Source: Acidobacteriota bacterium (lineage in GTDB: Bacteria > Acidobacteriota > Blastocatellia > RBC074). From it: DNA of 64,000 nucleotides. Where the stretch lies: the NCBI GenBank assembly GCA_037439425.1, contig JBBIWA010000021.1:842-64841 (forward strand), given 5' to 3'. Position 1 is the first letter of the stretch. Each line of letters begins with the position of its first letter. Below, in pieces: positions 1 through 8,706 of the stretch. Under the pieces are notes generated by a model. That model saw only the letters and a program-made list of their open reading frames with translations, searched no databases and was not told the DNA's origin. Made by a program: the position numbers and the translations under genes.

Positions 1-2
1 GC

Positions 3-1115
3 TCACGTGGCTCGCTTACCAAGAAGCTCGTCGAGCGACTCAAACTCGACGAAGGGCGCAATCCGCAGGTTTATGCCGTCGGGGTCAAAGAGATTTGGGA
101 ATTGCCCAAAGGGCGCGTCAAACCGGGCTGGGTGATGCACACGCTCGGCTATCCGCTGCCGAGCGACACTTTCGGCGGTGGATTCATCTACGGCATGCAA
201 AATGATCTGCTTGACATTGGCCTCGTAGTTGGACTCGATTATCACCATCCGTTCACCGACCCGCACCGGCTCTTTCAAGAGTTCAAGCAGCATCCAGCTA
301 TCGCCAGGATGCTTGAAGGCGGCAAGATGCTCTACTACGGCGCGAAGACCATTCCCGAAGGCGGCTATTTCTCCATGCCGAAGTACTATGGCGGTGGCTT
401 TGTGATCATCGGCGATGCAGCCAGCTTCCTCAATTCGCAAAGACTCAAAGGCATTCACCTGGCGATGAAGTCAGGAATGCTGGCGGCGCAAGCCATCTAT
501 GAGGCGTTGCTCGCCGCTCGTTATGACAACGCGCAGATGCAACGCTTCGAGCAATTGGTCAAAGAGAGTTATATCGAAAAAGAGCTCTACGAAGTCCGCA
601 ATTTTCATCAAGCCTTCGAGCGCGGGCGCTGGCTGGGGTTAATCGAAGCTGGTTTCCAGTACCTGACGGGCGGGCGCGGTCTGCGCGGCGATCTGAAAGC
701 CGAAGCCGGACACAAGCGTCTGCGCAAGCTGCAAGAGGTCTTCGGTCGCGCACCCAGTGATGGCAAGGATGTACCTGAATTGCCGCCGGTCAAGTACGAC
801 AACAAGCTGACCTTCGACAAGGTAACCGATGTCTATCGCTCTGGCACCGAGCACAATGAAGATCAGCCCTCGCATCTGAAGGTGCTTGACTTCCGAATCT
901 GCATTGAGCGCTGCACCAAAGAGTATGGCAATCCGTGCCAGTACTTCTGCCCGGCCGCAGTTTATGAGATCGAAGAGGCCGATGGTGGGCGCAAGCCGAA
1001 GATCAACTTCTCAAACTGTGTGCATTGCAAGACCTGCGACATTATGGACCCATATCAGATCATTGACTGGGTGACGCCGGAAGGTGGGGGTGGACCAAAC
1101 TATATCAACCTGTGA
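3..1115 (+). CDS. Electron-transfer flavoprotein:ubiquinone oxidoreductase (ETF-QO), 5'-truncated by window edge
   Basis: The frame is open from nt 3 (..VYAVGVKEIWELPKGR.. precedes the listed Met). The C-terminus has a 4Fe-4S ferredoxin-like motif (NCVHCKTCDIMDP) and the typical ETF-QO end (WVTPEGGGGPNY). GDAASFLN lies in the FAD region. Confidence 0.85.
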   Translation, partial: SRGSLTKKLVERLKLDEGRNPQVYAVGVKEIWELPKGRVKPGWVMHTLGYPLPSDTFGGGFIYGMQNDLLDIGLVVGLDYHHPFTDPHRLFQEFKQHPAIARMLEGGKMLYYGAKTIPEGGYFSMPKYYGGGFVIIGDAASFLNSQRLKGIHLAMKSGMLAAQAIYEALLAARYDNAQMQRFEQLVKESYIEKELYEVRNFHQAFERGRWLGLIEAGFQYLTGGRGLRGDLKAEAGHKRLRKLQEVFGRAPSDGKDVPELPPVKYDNKLTFDKVTDVYRSGTEHNEDQPSHLKVLDFRICIERCTKEYGNPCQYFCPAAVYEIEEADGGRKPKINFSNCVHCKTCDIMDPYQIIDWVTPEGGGGPNYINL

Positions 1116-1350
1116 GAAGCTGTAAAGGGTGCACCCGCCATTGGTTTTTACACAAGTATCTGCACGCATCCAAAGTAAGCCTTCCAGAATCTGGCCCGGG
1201 GTGAAACTCAAGCGACACCCTGACTGTGGAAGTCAAATCCGGCCGCAACTCACCAGGTGAGCGAGTGGCAGCCCAGAGGCGAGCTTTGGGACCGCACAGC
1301 GAGCGCCAACGAGAAGGCAGCTAGATGCGAAACATCTGGGGCCGTCAGAG

Positions 1351-1378
1351 ATAAAAAATACGCGCCTTGAAGAGGCGC
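1351..1378 (-). terminator. Candidate intrinsic terminator on the minus strand
   Basis: The minus strand reads GCGCCUC-UUC-AAGGCGC (7-bp stem) followed by GUAUUUUUUAU. No minus-strand CDS lies upstream of it; only repeat copy E does. Confidence 0.4.
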
Positions 1379-1380
1379 CG

Positions 1381-1570
1381 GAGTTCTGTGCGCTGCCTCA
1401 CCGTCCTGTTTTGGGTGTCTGCTGCCCCAGACATCTCACCTCTGGTTTCCTTCTCCCGGCCGCGCGTGCGTCCATTTTCTAGTACGCTCGCAAGCGTGTG
1501 CGCTCAGAGCTTCTCAGGGTGTCGCCTGCGCGATCTGAACAATTCCCCAGAGAAGCTGGCCATCTTCTGA
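1381..1570 (-). repeat. Copy E of the GC-rich palindromic repeat family, inverted orientation
   Basis: The reverse complement contains ..CCCTGAGAAGCTCTGAGCGCACACGCTTGCGAGCGTACT.., which matches the GAGCGCACGCTTGCGAGCGTGCTC hairpin module at 5445-5468 and 17278-17302. Segment 1414-1474 is ~82% identical to 57522-57582. Confidence 0.7.
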
Positions 1571-1593
1571 AGGGCTCAATAGAGCGAGGGAGG

Positions 1594-1823
1594 GTGCACG
1601 TCTTTATTGTAGGGTGAAAAAGCAGTAAGGATCGGTGGTGAGCCCCGGTGGGGGCCTCAGAGGATAGCGAGTCTGAGCCAAGGCGGGTGGGTCCAGGTCT
1701 GGAGAGCCTAAGGCCAGCCCCGGCCGGGGCTGGTGGTGGGCGAGAGCTTCCTCTCCACCAGCGCTCCTAGCGGGGCTAAGGCTTCAACCGATCTTCTTTT
1801 GACCCTACAATCGTAACGTGCAC
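1594..1823. repeat. 230-nt element bounded by imperfect ~40-nt inverted repeats (candidate structured RNA or MITE)
   Basis: GTGCACGT (1594-1601) pairs with ACGTGCAC (1816-1823), TTGTAGGGT (1606-1614) with ACCCTACAA (1802-1810), and GATCGGT (1630-1636) with ACCGATC (1787-1793). The GC-rich core has local hairpins, e.g. CCAGCCCC-GGCC-GGGGCTGG (1714-1733) and GCCCC-GGTG-GGGGC (1642-1655). No ORF covers it. Confidence 0.7.
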
Positions 1824-1983
1824 TCAGCTAGGGATTTTCGCTTGATCAATCCGGTCAAACCAACTAGAATACAGTTCAAATCCTTACGCCTAGTTACCAG
1901 ATGCTGTATGCGTGAAGCGAGGCGGTATTTAAGACAATCACGACAGCATCAGCCATTCCGACCCCCAGGATGAGGAGCGGTAG

Positions 1984-2160
1984 ATGTACAGAGATTTCCT
2001 GGGGAATGAGCGCGGTCAGGACGTAGTTGAATACTCATTGCTCCTGGTTCTGCTGGGCGTAGTTGCGATCCTGGTCTTAACGGCGATGGGAACCAGTGTT
2101 TCGAGTATCTTTAGCAAAATTGGTGATCGGCTCAATAATGCCAACAGTCAGATCCCTTGA
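1984..2160 (+). CDS. flp: Flp-family type IVb pilin, 58 aa (not in ORF track)
   Basis: Translation is MYRDFLGNERG/QDVVEYSLLLVLLGVVAILVLTAMGTSVSSIFSKIGDRLNNANSQIP. It shows the Flp motif (G/xxxxEY plus a hydrophobic helix). An SD GGAG lies 6 nt upstream of the ATG. It heads the tad operon. Confidence 0.85.
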   Translation: MYRDFLGNERGQDVVEYSLLLVLLGVVAILVLTAMGTSVSSIFSKIGDRLNNANSQIP

Positions 2161-2216
2161 GTCGGTCCAGTGCCCCGGATGCTTTAACTAGTCTCAAGTA
2201 GAATCGGAGGAAGGTT

Positions 2217-2396
2217 ATGATCAAAGAGTTTCTCAAAGATGAGCGCGGACAGGATGTGGTGGAGTACTCGCTCCTGTTAGTGCTGATCGGCGCGGCGGCA
2301 GTCTTTATCCTGACAGCGATGGGCCAGAGCATCAGCCAGATTTTTAGCAAGATCAATGAGAAGCTGAGTTCGGCGAATCAGTCCATCACCCAATGA
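2217..2396 (+). CDS. flp: Flp-family type IVb pilin paralogue, 59 aa (not in ORF track)
   Basis: Translation is MIKEFLKDERG/QDVVEYSLLLVLIGAAAVFILTAMGQSISQIFSKINEKLSSANQSITQ. It is ~60% identical to Flp1. An SD GGAGGAAGG lies upstream. Confidence 0.85.
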   Translation: MIKEFLKDERGQDVVEYSLLLVLIGAAAVFILTAMGQSISQIFSKINEKLSSANQSITQ

Positions 2397-2426
2397 GTAT
2401 GGGTATATGCGACTGGGTTTTGCGGC

Positions 2427-2468
2427 AATCAGAAGCTGAGTTCGGCGAATCAGTCCGTCACCTCTTAG
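2427..2468 (+). pseudogene. 3'-terminal fragment of a third flp gene
   Basis: AATCAGAAGCTGAGTTCGGCGAATCAGTCCGTCACC..TAG nearly duplicates the last ~13 codons of flp2 (..EKLSSANQSITQ versus NQKLSSANQSVTS*). No upstream pilin leader or helix coding sequence is present. Confidence 0.6.
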
Positions 2469-2532
2469 CGTTGAGTGCGCGGCGCTGACAAGGTGAGAGC
2501 TTGTGTCGTGAGCTGATGTGAGACTGTAAAGA

Positions 2533-3093
2533 ATGGCTGAAGCTCTTCGGATCGAGCTTGTCTCTACTGCTGTCTTGACAGTGCTGGTTGTGGCCGTTTC
2601 GTTCTTTGAGTTGCGTGAGCGCCGCATTCCAAACTTTCTGGTCTTGCCAGCCGCAGGTCTCGGATTAGCGCTCAATCTTTATCGTGGCTGGGAAGGGCTG
2701 AGCTTCAGCGCGCAAGGTTTGGCAACAGGATTTCTCTTGCTCTTCATCCCCTATCTGCTAGGCGCGATGGGGGCCGGGGATGTGAAGTTTCTCGCTGCGA
2801 TAGGAGCTTTTGTCGGTGCGGTTGATGTGGTACGAGTGTTACTGGTAACCGTTTTGTGCTATCCTTTGCTGGCGGTCGGAATCGTTCTCAAGGAAGGCAA
2901 GCTGAAGATCACGCTGCTGCGCTTTGGCCGCGTGCTGCTGAATTTTCTCGGATTCTTTCTGCCAGGTTTGAAGCTTTATGCGATACGTCTGGCGGCGCGT
3001 GACGATCCACAGATTGTGTCGGCGACGACCCCCTTTGGAGTGTCAGTTGCTTTAGGGACGCTGATTACTCTCTACACCAATTTTTTGCGCTGA
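2533..3093 (+). CDS. cpaA: Prepilin peptidase, CpaA/TadV type (A24 family)
   Basis: It is a polytopic membrane protein with motifs ..ELRERRIPNFL.. and ..GAGDVKFLAAIGAFVG.. (GxGD-type aspartyl peptidase signature). It lies directly after the flp genes. Confidence 0.85.
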   Translation: MAEALRIELVSTAVLTVLVVAVSFFELRERRIPNFLVLPAAGLGLALNLYRGWEGLSFSAQGLATGFLLLFIPYLLGAMGAGDVKFLAAIGAFVGAVDVVRVLLVTVLCYPLLAVGIVLKEGKLKITLLRFGRVLLNFLGFFLPGLKLYAIRLAARDDPQIVSATTPFGVSVALGTLITLYTNFLR

Positions 3094-3222
3094 GGTGCAG
3101 CCCGCAACCTGCCTGCCCCGACTTCGGGTTTGCCCGAGCGCACCGAGAAAGTCAGATAAGGAAACCACCGGCTCTTCCGCCTGGTCCTTCACCATCGTGA
3201 TGAGATCAAGTCAGATTGTGTC

Positions 3223-3741
3223 TTGATTGCCACAAGGTTCACTATGAGCGGAGCCTCTCCCCTGGCTGCTCAGAAGACTGAGCAGGGACAAGCCATCGTT
3301 GAATTTGCACTGATCGTCCCGCTGCTTTTCCTGATGCTGATCGGGGTGGTCTTCTTCGCGATGGGCTTCAATCTCCAGATGGTGCTCAACAGTGCCGCTT
3401 ATGAAGGCGCGCGCGCGTGGGCCAGGAATCCATTTGCCTACAATCAGTGCACGCCACCGAAGTGTGATCCACTGAGCGACTCGCTAGACCAGAATGACTT
3501 TGAGCAGCAGATTATTCCCCTGATCAAGCAATATGTGACTAGTAGCGGGTTCGACGGTAACAAGGTTATCATCTTCAGCGAAAATCAAACCGAGCGCCGG
3601 GAGGCTATCCGTCTATTTACCAATGATCCGGAGATAGTGAGACTCATCATCTATTATCCTTACCGGCTTCCGGTTGGCAGTTTTGTCAGTGACTATCTGA
3701 CGGTCAAGCTCAGCGCCAGTTGCACTCTAAAGAAAGGGTAG
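3223..3741 (+). CDS. TadE-like pseudopilin
   Basis: The N-terminus ..TEQG/QAIVEFALIVPLLFLMLIGVVFF is TadE-family. The start could instead be the ATG at 3244. Confidence 0.75.
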   Translation: MIATRFTMSGASPLAAQKTEQGQAIVEFALIVPLLFLMLIGVVFFAMGFNLQMVLNSAAYEGARAWARNPFAYNQCTPPKCDPLSDSLDQNDFEQQIIPLIKQYVTSSGFDGNKVIIFSENQTERREAIRLFTNDPEIVRLIIYYPYRLPVGSFVSDYLTVKLSASCTLKKG

Positions 3742-3762
3742 CTAAGAGCAGGGCAGGAAGGC

Positions 3763-4308
3763 ATGAGGAGAAGCAGGGCTGACAGAAGGAGCATCGACCA
3801 AGAAGGCCGCAGCCTTGAGTCCGGCAGCGACCGGCGCGGATGGGGGCGAGCTCTCTCTCCAGCAGGCGGTCAATCAACGGTCGAAATGGCGCTGCTTTTG
3901 CCGATCTTCCTGATCTTTATTTTCAGCATCATCGAGATCGGGCGCGCCTGGGCGGCCAAGCAAGTCATCACCAACGCGGCACGCGAAGGCGCACGTATCC
4001 TGGTGTTGCCATATGGTCCAGGCTTTTCACCCTACCCCAGTGCAGATGTAGTGCGTGAGGCAGCAATCCAGACGGCCAAAGACTATATGGCGAGCGCCGG
4101 ACTGGATACGAGTGAAAGTGTGACCACGATCAGCTTGATCAAGGAGGTCTCCGGCATTATTCAGGATAATTCTACTGGAGAGATGGTGCGTGGAGAGAAG
4201 GTGGGAGTCAGAATCAGCTACCAATTCGATACGCCGCTACCAGTCTTGCTCTTGAGCGGAAGTAGCCCGATCAACCTGGGCGCGTCGAGCTTGATGGAGC
4301 ATGAATAG
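3763..4308 (+). CDS. TadE/TadF-like pseudopilin with a long Arg-rich leader
   Basis: The sequence ..AGG/QSTVEMALLLPIFLIFIFSIIEIGRAW.. is present. An SD GGAAGG lies before the ATG at 3763. Confidence 0.7.
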   Translation: MRRSRADRRSIDQEGRSLESGSDRRGWGRALSPAGGQSTVEMALLLPIFLIFIFSIIEIGRAWAAKQVITNAAREGARILVLPYGPGFSPYPSADVVREAAIQTAKDYMASAGLDTSESVTTISLIKEVSGIIQDNSTGEMVRGEKVGVRISYQFDTPLPVLLLSGSSPINLGASSLMEHE

Positions 4309-4353
4309 ACCGCCCGGTTCAGCCACGTGGTGGTGTAGCAAGGGAGTTGACTG

Positions 4354-5274
4354 ATGAACAAGAGATTTATCTTCGCCCTGGTAGGAGCCGCAGTCTTTGG
4401 ACTGCTGGCCATTCTCGTTGCCCAGAATTACCTGCAGCAGCAGGTGCTAGAAAAGACGCAGCAGAATCTGGCTGAAGTTGTGATTGCGACCGTTGACATC
4501 CCGATAGGAACCGTGATCACTGCCCGGCAGGTTAAGACCGAAAGTTATCCGCGCAGCCTGATCCCCGAAGGCGCACTGACCAAAACCGAGGCCGTGGTCG
4601 AGCGGGTGGCAATCACCGATATCGCCGCCAAAACACCGATCCTGACGCGCTATCTGGCTGCTCCGGGTTCACCACCTGGGCCAGCCGGTCAATTGCAGCC
4701 GGGGATGCGCGCCGTCTCGGTGCGCGTAGACGAAGCCAGCAGCGTCGCGGGTTTTGCACTGGCTGGCAACTACGTGGATGTGATTGTGATCCTCCAACCG
4801 CCTGTGCCCGATGCTAAACCGGTAGCCAAGACTATCCTGCAAAATATCAAAGTGCTGGCTAATGGGCAGCAGACGCAAACGCGCGCTGATGGCAAGCCCA
4901 TGCTCTCCAACACCGTCACTCTGGAAGTCACCCCAGCCCAAGCCGAGAGAATCAAACTGGCTGAAAGTGAAGGCAAACTCCAGCTTGCCATCCGCAACGC
5001 GACTGACCGGCTGATCGGAAGCACGCCAGGCTACACCAAGACCGAAGTATTGGGTGATGCAGAACTGCTCGCGCGCTCAGTCAGTGGTGCTCGCCGCGAA
5101 ACGCCACCCCCTAGAGCTGAGCCAGCGATGCCGCCTCTTCAGGTAGCTCAGTCTCGCCCTGCTGCTTCTCCCTCACCGACCCCTCTGCCGCGCCAGTTGG
5201 TGACGGTAGAGCTGATCGAAGGGTCCAAACGCAGCAAGCTCGAATATGCGCCCGAGCTGGCGAGAAAGAATTGA
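4354..5274 (+). CDS. cpaB: Flp pilus assembly protein CpaB/RcpC
   Basis: It has an N-terminal TM anchor (FIFALVGAAVFGLLAILVA) and an SAF-like region (VVIATVDIPIGTVIT). The position before the secretin gene fits. The C-terminal tail is Pro-rich. Confidence 0.8.
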   Translation: MNKRFIFALVGAAVFGLLAILVAQNYLQQQVLEKTQQNLAEVVIATVDIPIGTVITARQVKTESYPRSLIPEGALTKTEAVVERVAITDIAAKTPILTRYLAAPGSPPGPAGQLQPGMRAVSVRVDEASSVAGFALAGNYVDVIVILQPPVPDAKPVAKTILQNIKVLANGQQTQTRADGKPMLSNTVTLEVTPAQAERIKLAESEGKLQLAIRNATDRLIGSTPGYTKTEVLGDAELLARSVSGARRETPPPRAEPAMPPLQVAQSRPAASPSPTPLPRQLVTVELIEGSKRSKLEYAPELARKN

Positions 5275-5371
5275 AGTAAGGAGTGAGGCAAGTACCGTGT
5301 TCCTCCGCAAGCAAGAAGAAAGAGCCACGAAGATCACCAGGAACACAAAAACTATATCTCCTCTTGGCGCT

Positions 5372-5547
5372 CTTCGTGGTTCATTTTCCGAGGCGTCGTC
5401 CAGCTCGTCCCGGACGATGCCCTGAAAGCGATGAACATTCTCACGAGCGCACGCTTGCGAGCGTGCTCTGTCTCCGGTAATAGCTTGTTTGAGGAAGACA
5501 GGCACGCCTCCGGCGTGCTTGCCCAGGAATTTCCCGGGGAGCTGTTT
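5372..5547 (+). repeat. Copy A of the GC-rich palindromic repeat family
   Basis: Modules are CTTCGTGGTTCATTTTCCG, CGGACGATGCCCTGAAAGCGATGAA, hairpin GAGCGCACGCTTGCGAGCGTGCTC (5445-5468), hairpin GGCACGCCTCCGGCGTGC (5501-5518), and CCCAGGAATTTCCCGGGGAG just before the cpaC ATG. Confidence 0.75.
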
Positions 5548-7089
5548 ATGAACCATTCACCCTGCCCTGCTTGCACGCGAATGCGCCAGGCCTTTCTCTG
5601 GGCTGGTGCTGTGCTCCTGAGCCTGAGCTGGAGCCTGAAGCTCGAGGCTCAAGAACCTACCACCCTGCTGGCTTCCTTCGCTGGCGATCTGAGCCAACCC
5701 ATCAAGATCGATGTCCTGGTCGGACAGTCACGGGTGATCAATTTCGACCAGCCTTATGAAAGAATCTCGATCTCCAATCCTGAAATTGCCGAGTATCACG
5801 CGCTGCCGCCCTCGCAGCTCCTGATCAACGGTAAAAAGTTCGGCCAGGTCAATCTCGTCGTTTGGAGCAAAGCTACCGATGGTGAACCTTCGCGGGTCAT
5901 CACTTTCGATCTTTACGTCCAGGCCAATCTCTCGCTGATTGACAACCAGATCAAGGTGCTCTTCCCGAAGGAGAACATTCAACTGAGCCAGGCCAATGAG
6001 TCGGTGGTGATTTCAGGTAGCGTGACCAAGCCGGAACTGGCTAAAGAGGTCCAACAAATTATCGAGGCGGCTGGATTCAAAGTTGTCAACATGCTCAGGG
6101 CGCCAGTGCGCGACGAACTGCAAGTGCAGTTGCAGATTCGGGTGGCTGAAGTCAATCGCAGCGTGCTGCGGGAAATCGGCACCCTTTATGGATTCACTGA
6201 TTCGGCTACCAGCATCGGGATCAATCCCAGCAGGTTGGGAAGCATCGGCACCGGTCCTTCAAACCTGGCGCTGACTCTAGGCAGTCTCAGGTCCAGAACC
6301 GTAACGGATGCCTTCATCAGGGCGCTTTATGAACGGGGTGCTTTGCGCGATCTGGCCGAGCCTAACTTGATTGCGATGAATGGCAAGAAGGCCAGCTTCT
6401 TGGCTGGCGGTGAAATTCCTATTCCGGTGATTCAATCAGTCTCCAATCTCCAGAATGCGATCACCGTCCAGTACAAGGAATTTGGCGTTAAGCTTGAATT
6501 CACGCCTACCATCGTTGACGAAAATCATATTCAGCTTAATCTGGCTCCCGAGGTTTCAAGCCTCGACTTCGCCTCAGGAGTAACGATCAGCGGGTTGGTT
6601 ATCCCGGCTCTGCGGGTGCGACGCGCCCAGACATTTCTGGAGCTGCGCGATGGACAGAGCTTTGCGCTGGCTGGATTGCTGGACAACAGCGAGCAGGTCA
6701 ATATCTCCAAGGTTCCACTGCTGGGTGATATTCCCATCCTCGGCGAACTCTTCAAGAGCCGTCGCTTCCAGCGCAACGAGACCGAGTTGATGTTTCTGGT
6801 CACCGTGAAGATGGTAGAGCCACTCAATCCCGACCAGGTGCCGCTTCTGCCCGGCGTCAGCGATTCAAGGCCGGGCGGATTGCCGCCCGTGACGCCGCCA
6901 CCTTCTGGAGTCATTCAAGGAGAGTCGGGCCACTCGCCGCCCCTCAAACCGGCTGAGCGCAAGCCGCCTGAATTGGGATCGGATGTTGAGCCGGTAGAAC
7001 CTCAAACAGTCACTGATCCTATGCCACCTCAGCCGAAGTCAGGCCGCTCTGCGGGCGGCAAAGGGAACAAAACCACGCGCCAGAGATAG
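5548..7089 (+). CDS. cpaC: Tad secretin CpaC/RcpA
   Basis: The secretin C-domain reads ..[33 protein letters not shown]... It has a signal-like N-terminus. The listed ORF start at 5431 lies inside repeat copy A, so the ATG at 5548 is preferred (5581 is also possible). A Pro-rich tail of ~100 aa follows. Confidence 0.85.
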   Translation: MNHSPCPACTRMRQAFLWAGAVLLSLSWSLKLEAQEPTTLLASFAGDLSQPIKIDVLVGQSRVINFDQPYERISISNPEIAEYHALPPSQLLINGKKFGQVNLVVWSKATDGEPSRVITFDLYVQANLSLIDNQIKVLFPKENIQLSQANESVVISGSVTKPELAKEVQQIIEAAGFKVVNMLRAPVRDELQVQLQIRVAEVNRSVLREIGTLYGFTDSATSIGINPSRLGSIGTGPSNLALTLGSLRSRTVTDAFIRALYERGALRDLAEPNLIAMNGKKASFLAGGEIPIPVIQSVSNLQNAITVQYKEFGVKLEFTPTIVDENHIQLNLAPEVSSLDFASGVTISGLVIPALRVRRAQTFLELRDGQSFALAGLLDNSEQVNISKVPLLGDIPILGELFKSRRFQRNETELMFLVTVKMVEPLNPDQVPLLPGVSDSRPGGLPPVTPPPSGVIQGESGHSPPLKPAERKPPELGSDVEPVEPQTVTDPMPPQPKSGRSAGGKGNKTTRQR

Positions 7090-7143
7090 CGCTAAACCCT
7101 GGTGAGGTTTTGTCGCTGAGCTACTGGTCGAGGCAAGTGAGAA

Positions 7144-8517
7144 ATGACCGCTTCATCTGAAGCCATGACTGGGAAAGCTGTTTCAATCCTAAACCGTCGC
7201 TCAGAACGTGGATCAGTGCTTTTGATCACTTCGGCAGTGATTATGGCATTGATCGCTATGCTGGCGCTTTCGATTGATCTGGGCTACGTGCTGAGCAGGC
7301 GCAGCCAGTTGCAGGGTGGCCTTGATGCGGCGGCACTGGCGGCAGCGGCGGGACTGCGAGCGGCAATCGAGCCAGCGGGGTCTCATCTCGAGCAGGATAA
7401 GATCGTGCGCGAGCTGGCCAAAAAGTATGCCAGTTACAACCAGGTGCACCGCTATGGAGCGCTTACCAACGACCAGGGTGAGCCGGTCCCCAATCCGGCC
7501 AACAATATTTCGCTCTCAGATGCCGATATCGTGCCTGAACACGAGGCTCAACCGCCGCGAGTGAGGATTACTCATCATCTGAGCATTCCCACCATCTTTG
7601 CCTCGATCTTCGGCTTCAGCAGCATTGATGTCAGCGCCGGCTCGGTCGCTTCCACGATGCCAGTGGATGGTGGAACGGGAATGATCAGCGGATGCTGGCG
7701 CCCGCTTTTATTGCCAGACACTTTCTTTGATGCCGAAGGCCAGGTGTGGGCCGTCGGCCAGCGTCCTACCTACCCTTGGCCGGACAGGGCTGGTGACTAC
7801 TACCGCTCTCGCTTTGCTACTAGCAGTGGGCCGCGCAGCGGATTCCCCTTTGTTGATTCCTGGACTGGGACGGCAGGCGCTGAGATCACCAGTATCCGGG
7901 ATGCCAAGACGAGCAATGAGCTGAAGCTGAATGGCGGGAAGAACTTGATTGGATGGCAACCGATTCTTCTCCGACCGGGAGACTGGCGGCTAGTCGACTT
8001 CGCCACTACCTATCCTGGGAGTGTACAGGGATTGGAGGCCGAGCCGTGGTACCAGATCAAGTTTGGGCATTGCTGGAGCATACGGGTAGGAGAAGAAGTG
8101 GAAGTCCACCCTCTACCGGTGCCGCCTGGGACTCCCCTTTACGGGGCTCCGAAGTACGGGGATGCGCTCCTCCTTGGGCTGCTTTGGTTACGGAACGAAC
8201 CCGCCTATGGTGGGATAATTGACATCCAGCTTGGCTTTCATTACGTCTCATCCCTTAACTACAAGACAGCTAATACCAATCCGCGTATCATCCCGGTGCT
8301 GCTGTGTGATCCGATGGAGTTGGTGAGAAGGCCGTTCGAGAGTAGATACCGGGTGACTAACATCGGGGCCTTCTTCGTGGACCTTGTATCGCCGGCCGGA
8401 GATCTGGGCGGCTTCTTCGTGCGTGAACTTGTCGTGGGCGGTCTTCCGTTACAGCCAGAGAATAGTCAAGTGACTGACCCTAACTTGCTGCCGGCTTCGG
8501 TGCAGATCAGGAGATGA
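7144..8517 (+). CDS. TadG-like pilus-associated protein
   Basis: The N-terminus RG/SVLLITSAVIMALIAMLALSIDLGYVLSRRSQLQGGLDAAALAAA matches the TadG-N type domain. The remainder is unassigned. Confidence 0.65.
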   Translation: MTASSEAMTGKAVSILNRRSERGSVLLITSAVIMALIAMLALSIDLGYVLSRRSQLQGGLDAAALAAAAGLRAAIEPAGSHLEQDKIVRELAKKYASYNQVHRYGALTNDQGEPVPNPANNISLSDADIVPEHEAQPPRVRITHHLSIPTIFASIFGFSSIDVSAGSVASTMPVDGGTGMISGCWRPLLLPDTFFDAEGQVWAVGQRPTYPWPDRAGDYYRSRFATSSGPRSGFPFVDSWTGTAGAEITSIRDAKTSNELKLNGGKNLIGWQPILLRPGDWRLVDFATTYPGSVQGLEAEPWYQIKFGHCWSIRVGEEVEVHPLPVPPGTPLYGAPKYGDALLLGLLWLRNEPAYGGIIDIQLGFHYVSSLNYKTANTNPRIIPVLLCDPMELVRRPFESRYRVTNIGAFFVDLVSPAGDLGGFFVRELVVGGLPLQPENSQVTDPNLLPASVQIRR

Positions 8518-8706
8518 GTGGCGGAGAGTCGAGAGCGAGAATCGGCTGGTGGCCAATACCTTTTGATGATTACGTTGGTGTTTGACCAGCACCGGACATA
8601 TAATTGGGGCAGTGTAGCCCTCAAGTAAGAGCGGTGATTCCGAAGCCGGCTATAAGGCGCTTTGGCTTGGTCAGAGAATCAAGAGTTAAGTGAGAGGACG
8701 AAGTTC

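Noticed and set aside
3-458. 151-aa minus-strand ORF at the window start.
   Set aside because: It is antisense to the ETF-QO gene, which has unambiguous motifs.
1367-1570. 67-aa plus-strand ORF.
   Set aside because: It lies entirely within repeat copy E, and its 'protein' is the translation of palindromic modules.
1867-1885. tRNA-like T-loop sequence GTTCAAATCC.
   Set aside because: The flanking bases cannot form a T-stem, an acceptor stem or an anticodon arm.
5431-5547. N-terminal extensions of track ORFs at 5431 (cpaC), 17344, 58992 (crotonase), 15951 (TPR), 51009 (LolA-like) and 55776 (GT87-like).
   Set aside because: The extensions translate repeat elements or overlap the preceding gene. 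Downstream in-frame starts have SD sequences and/or signal peptides.
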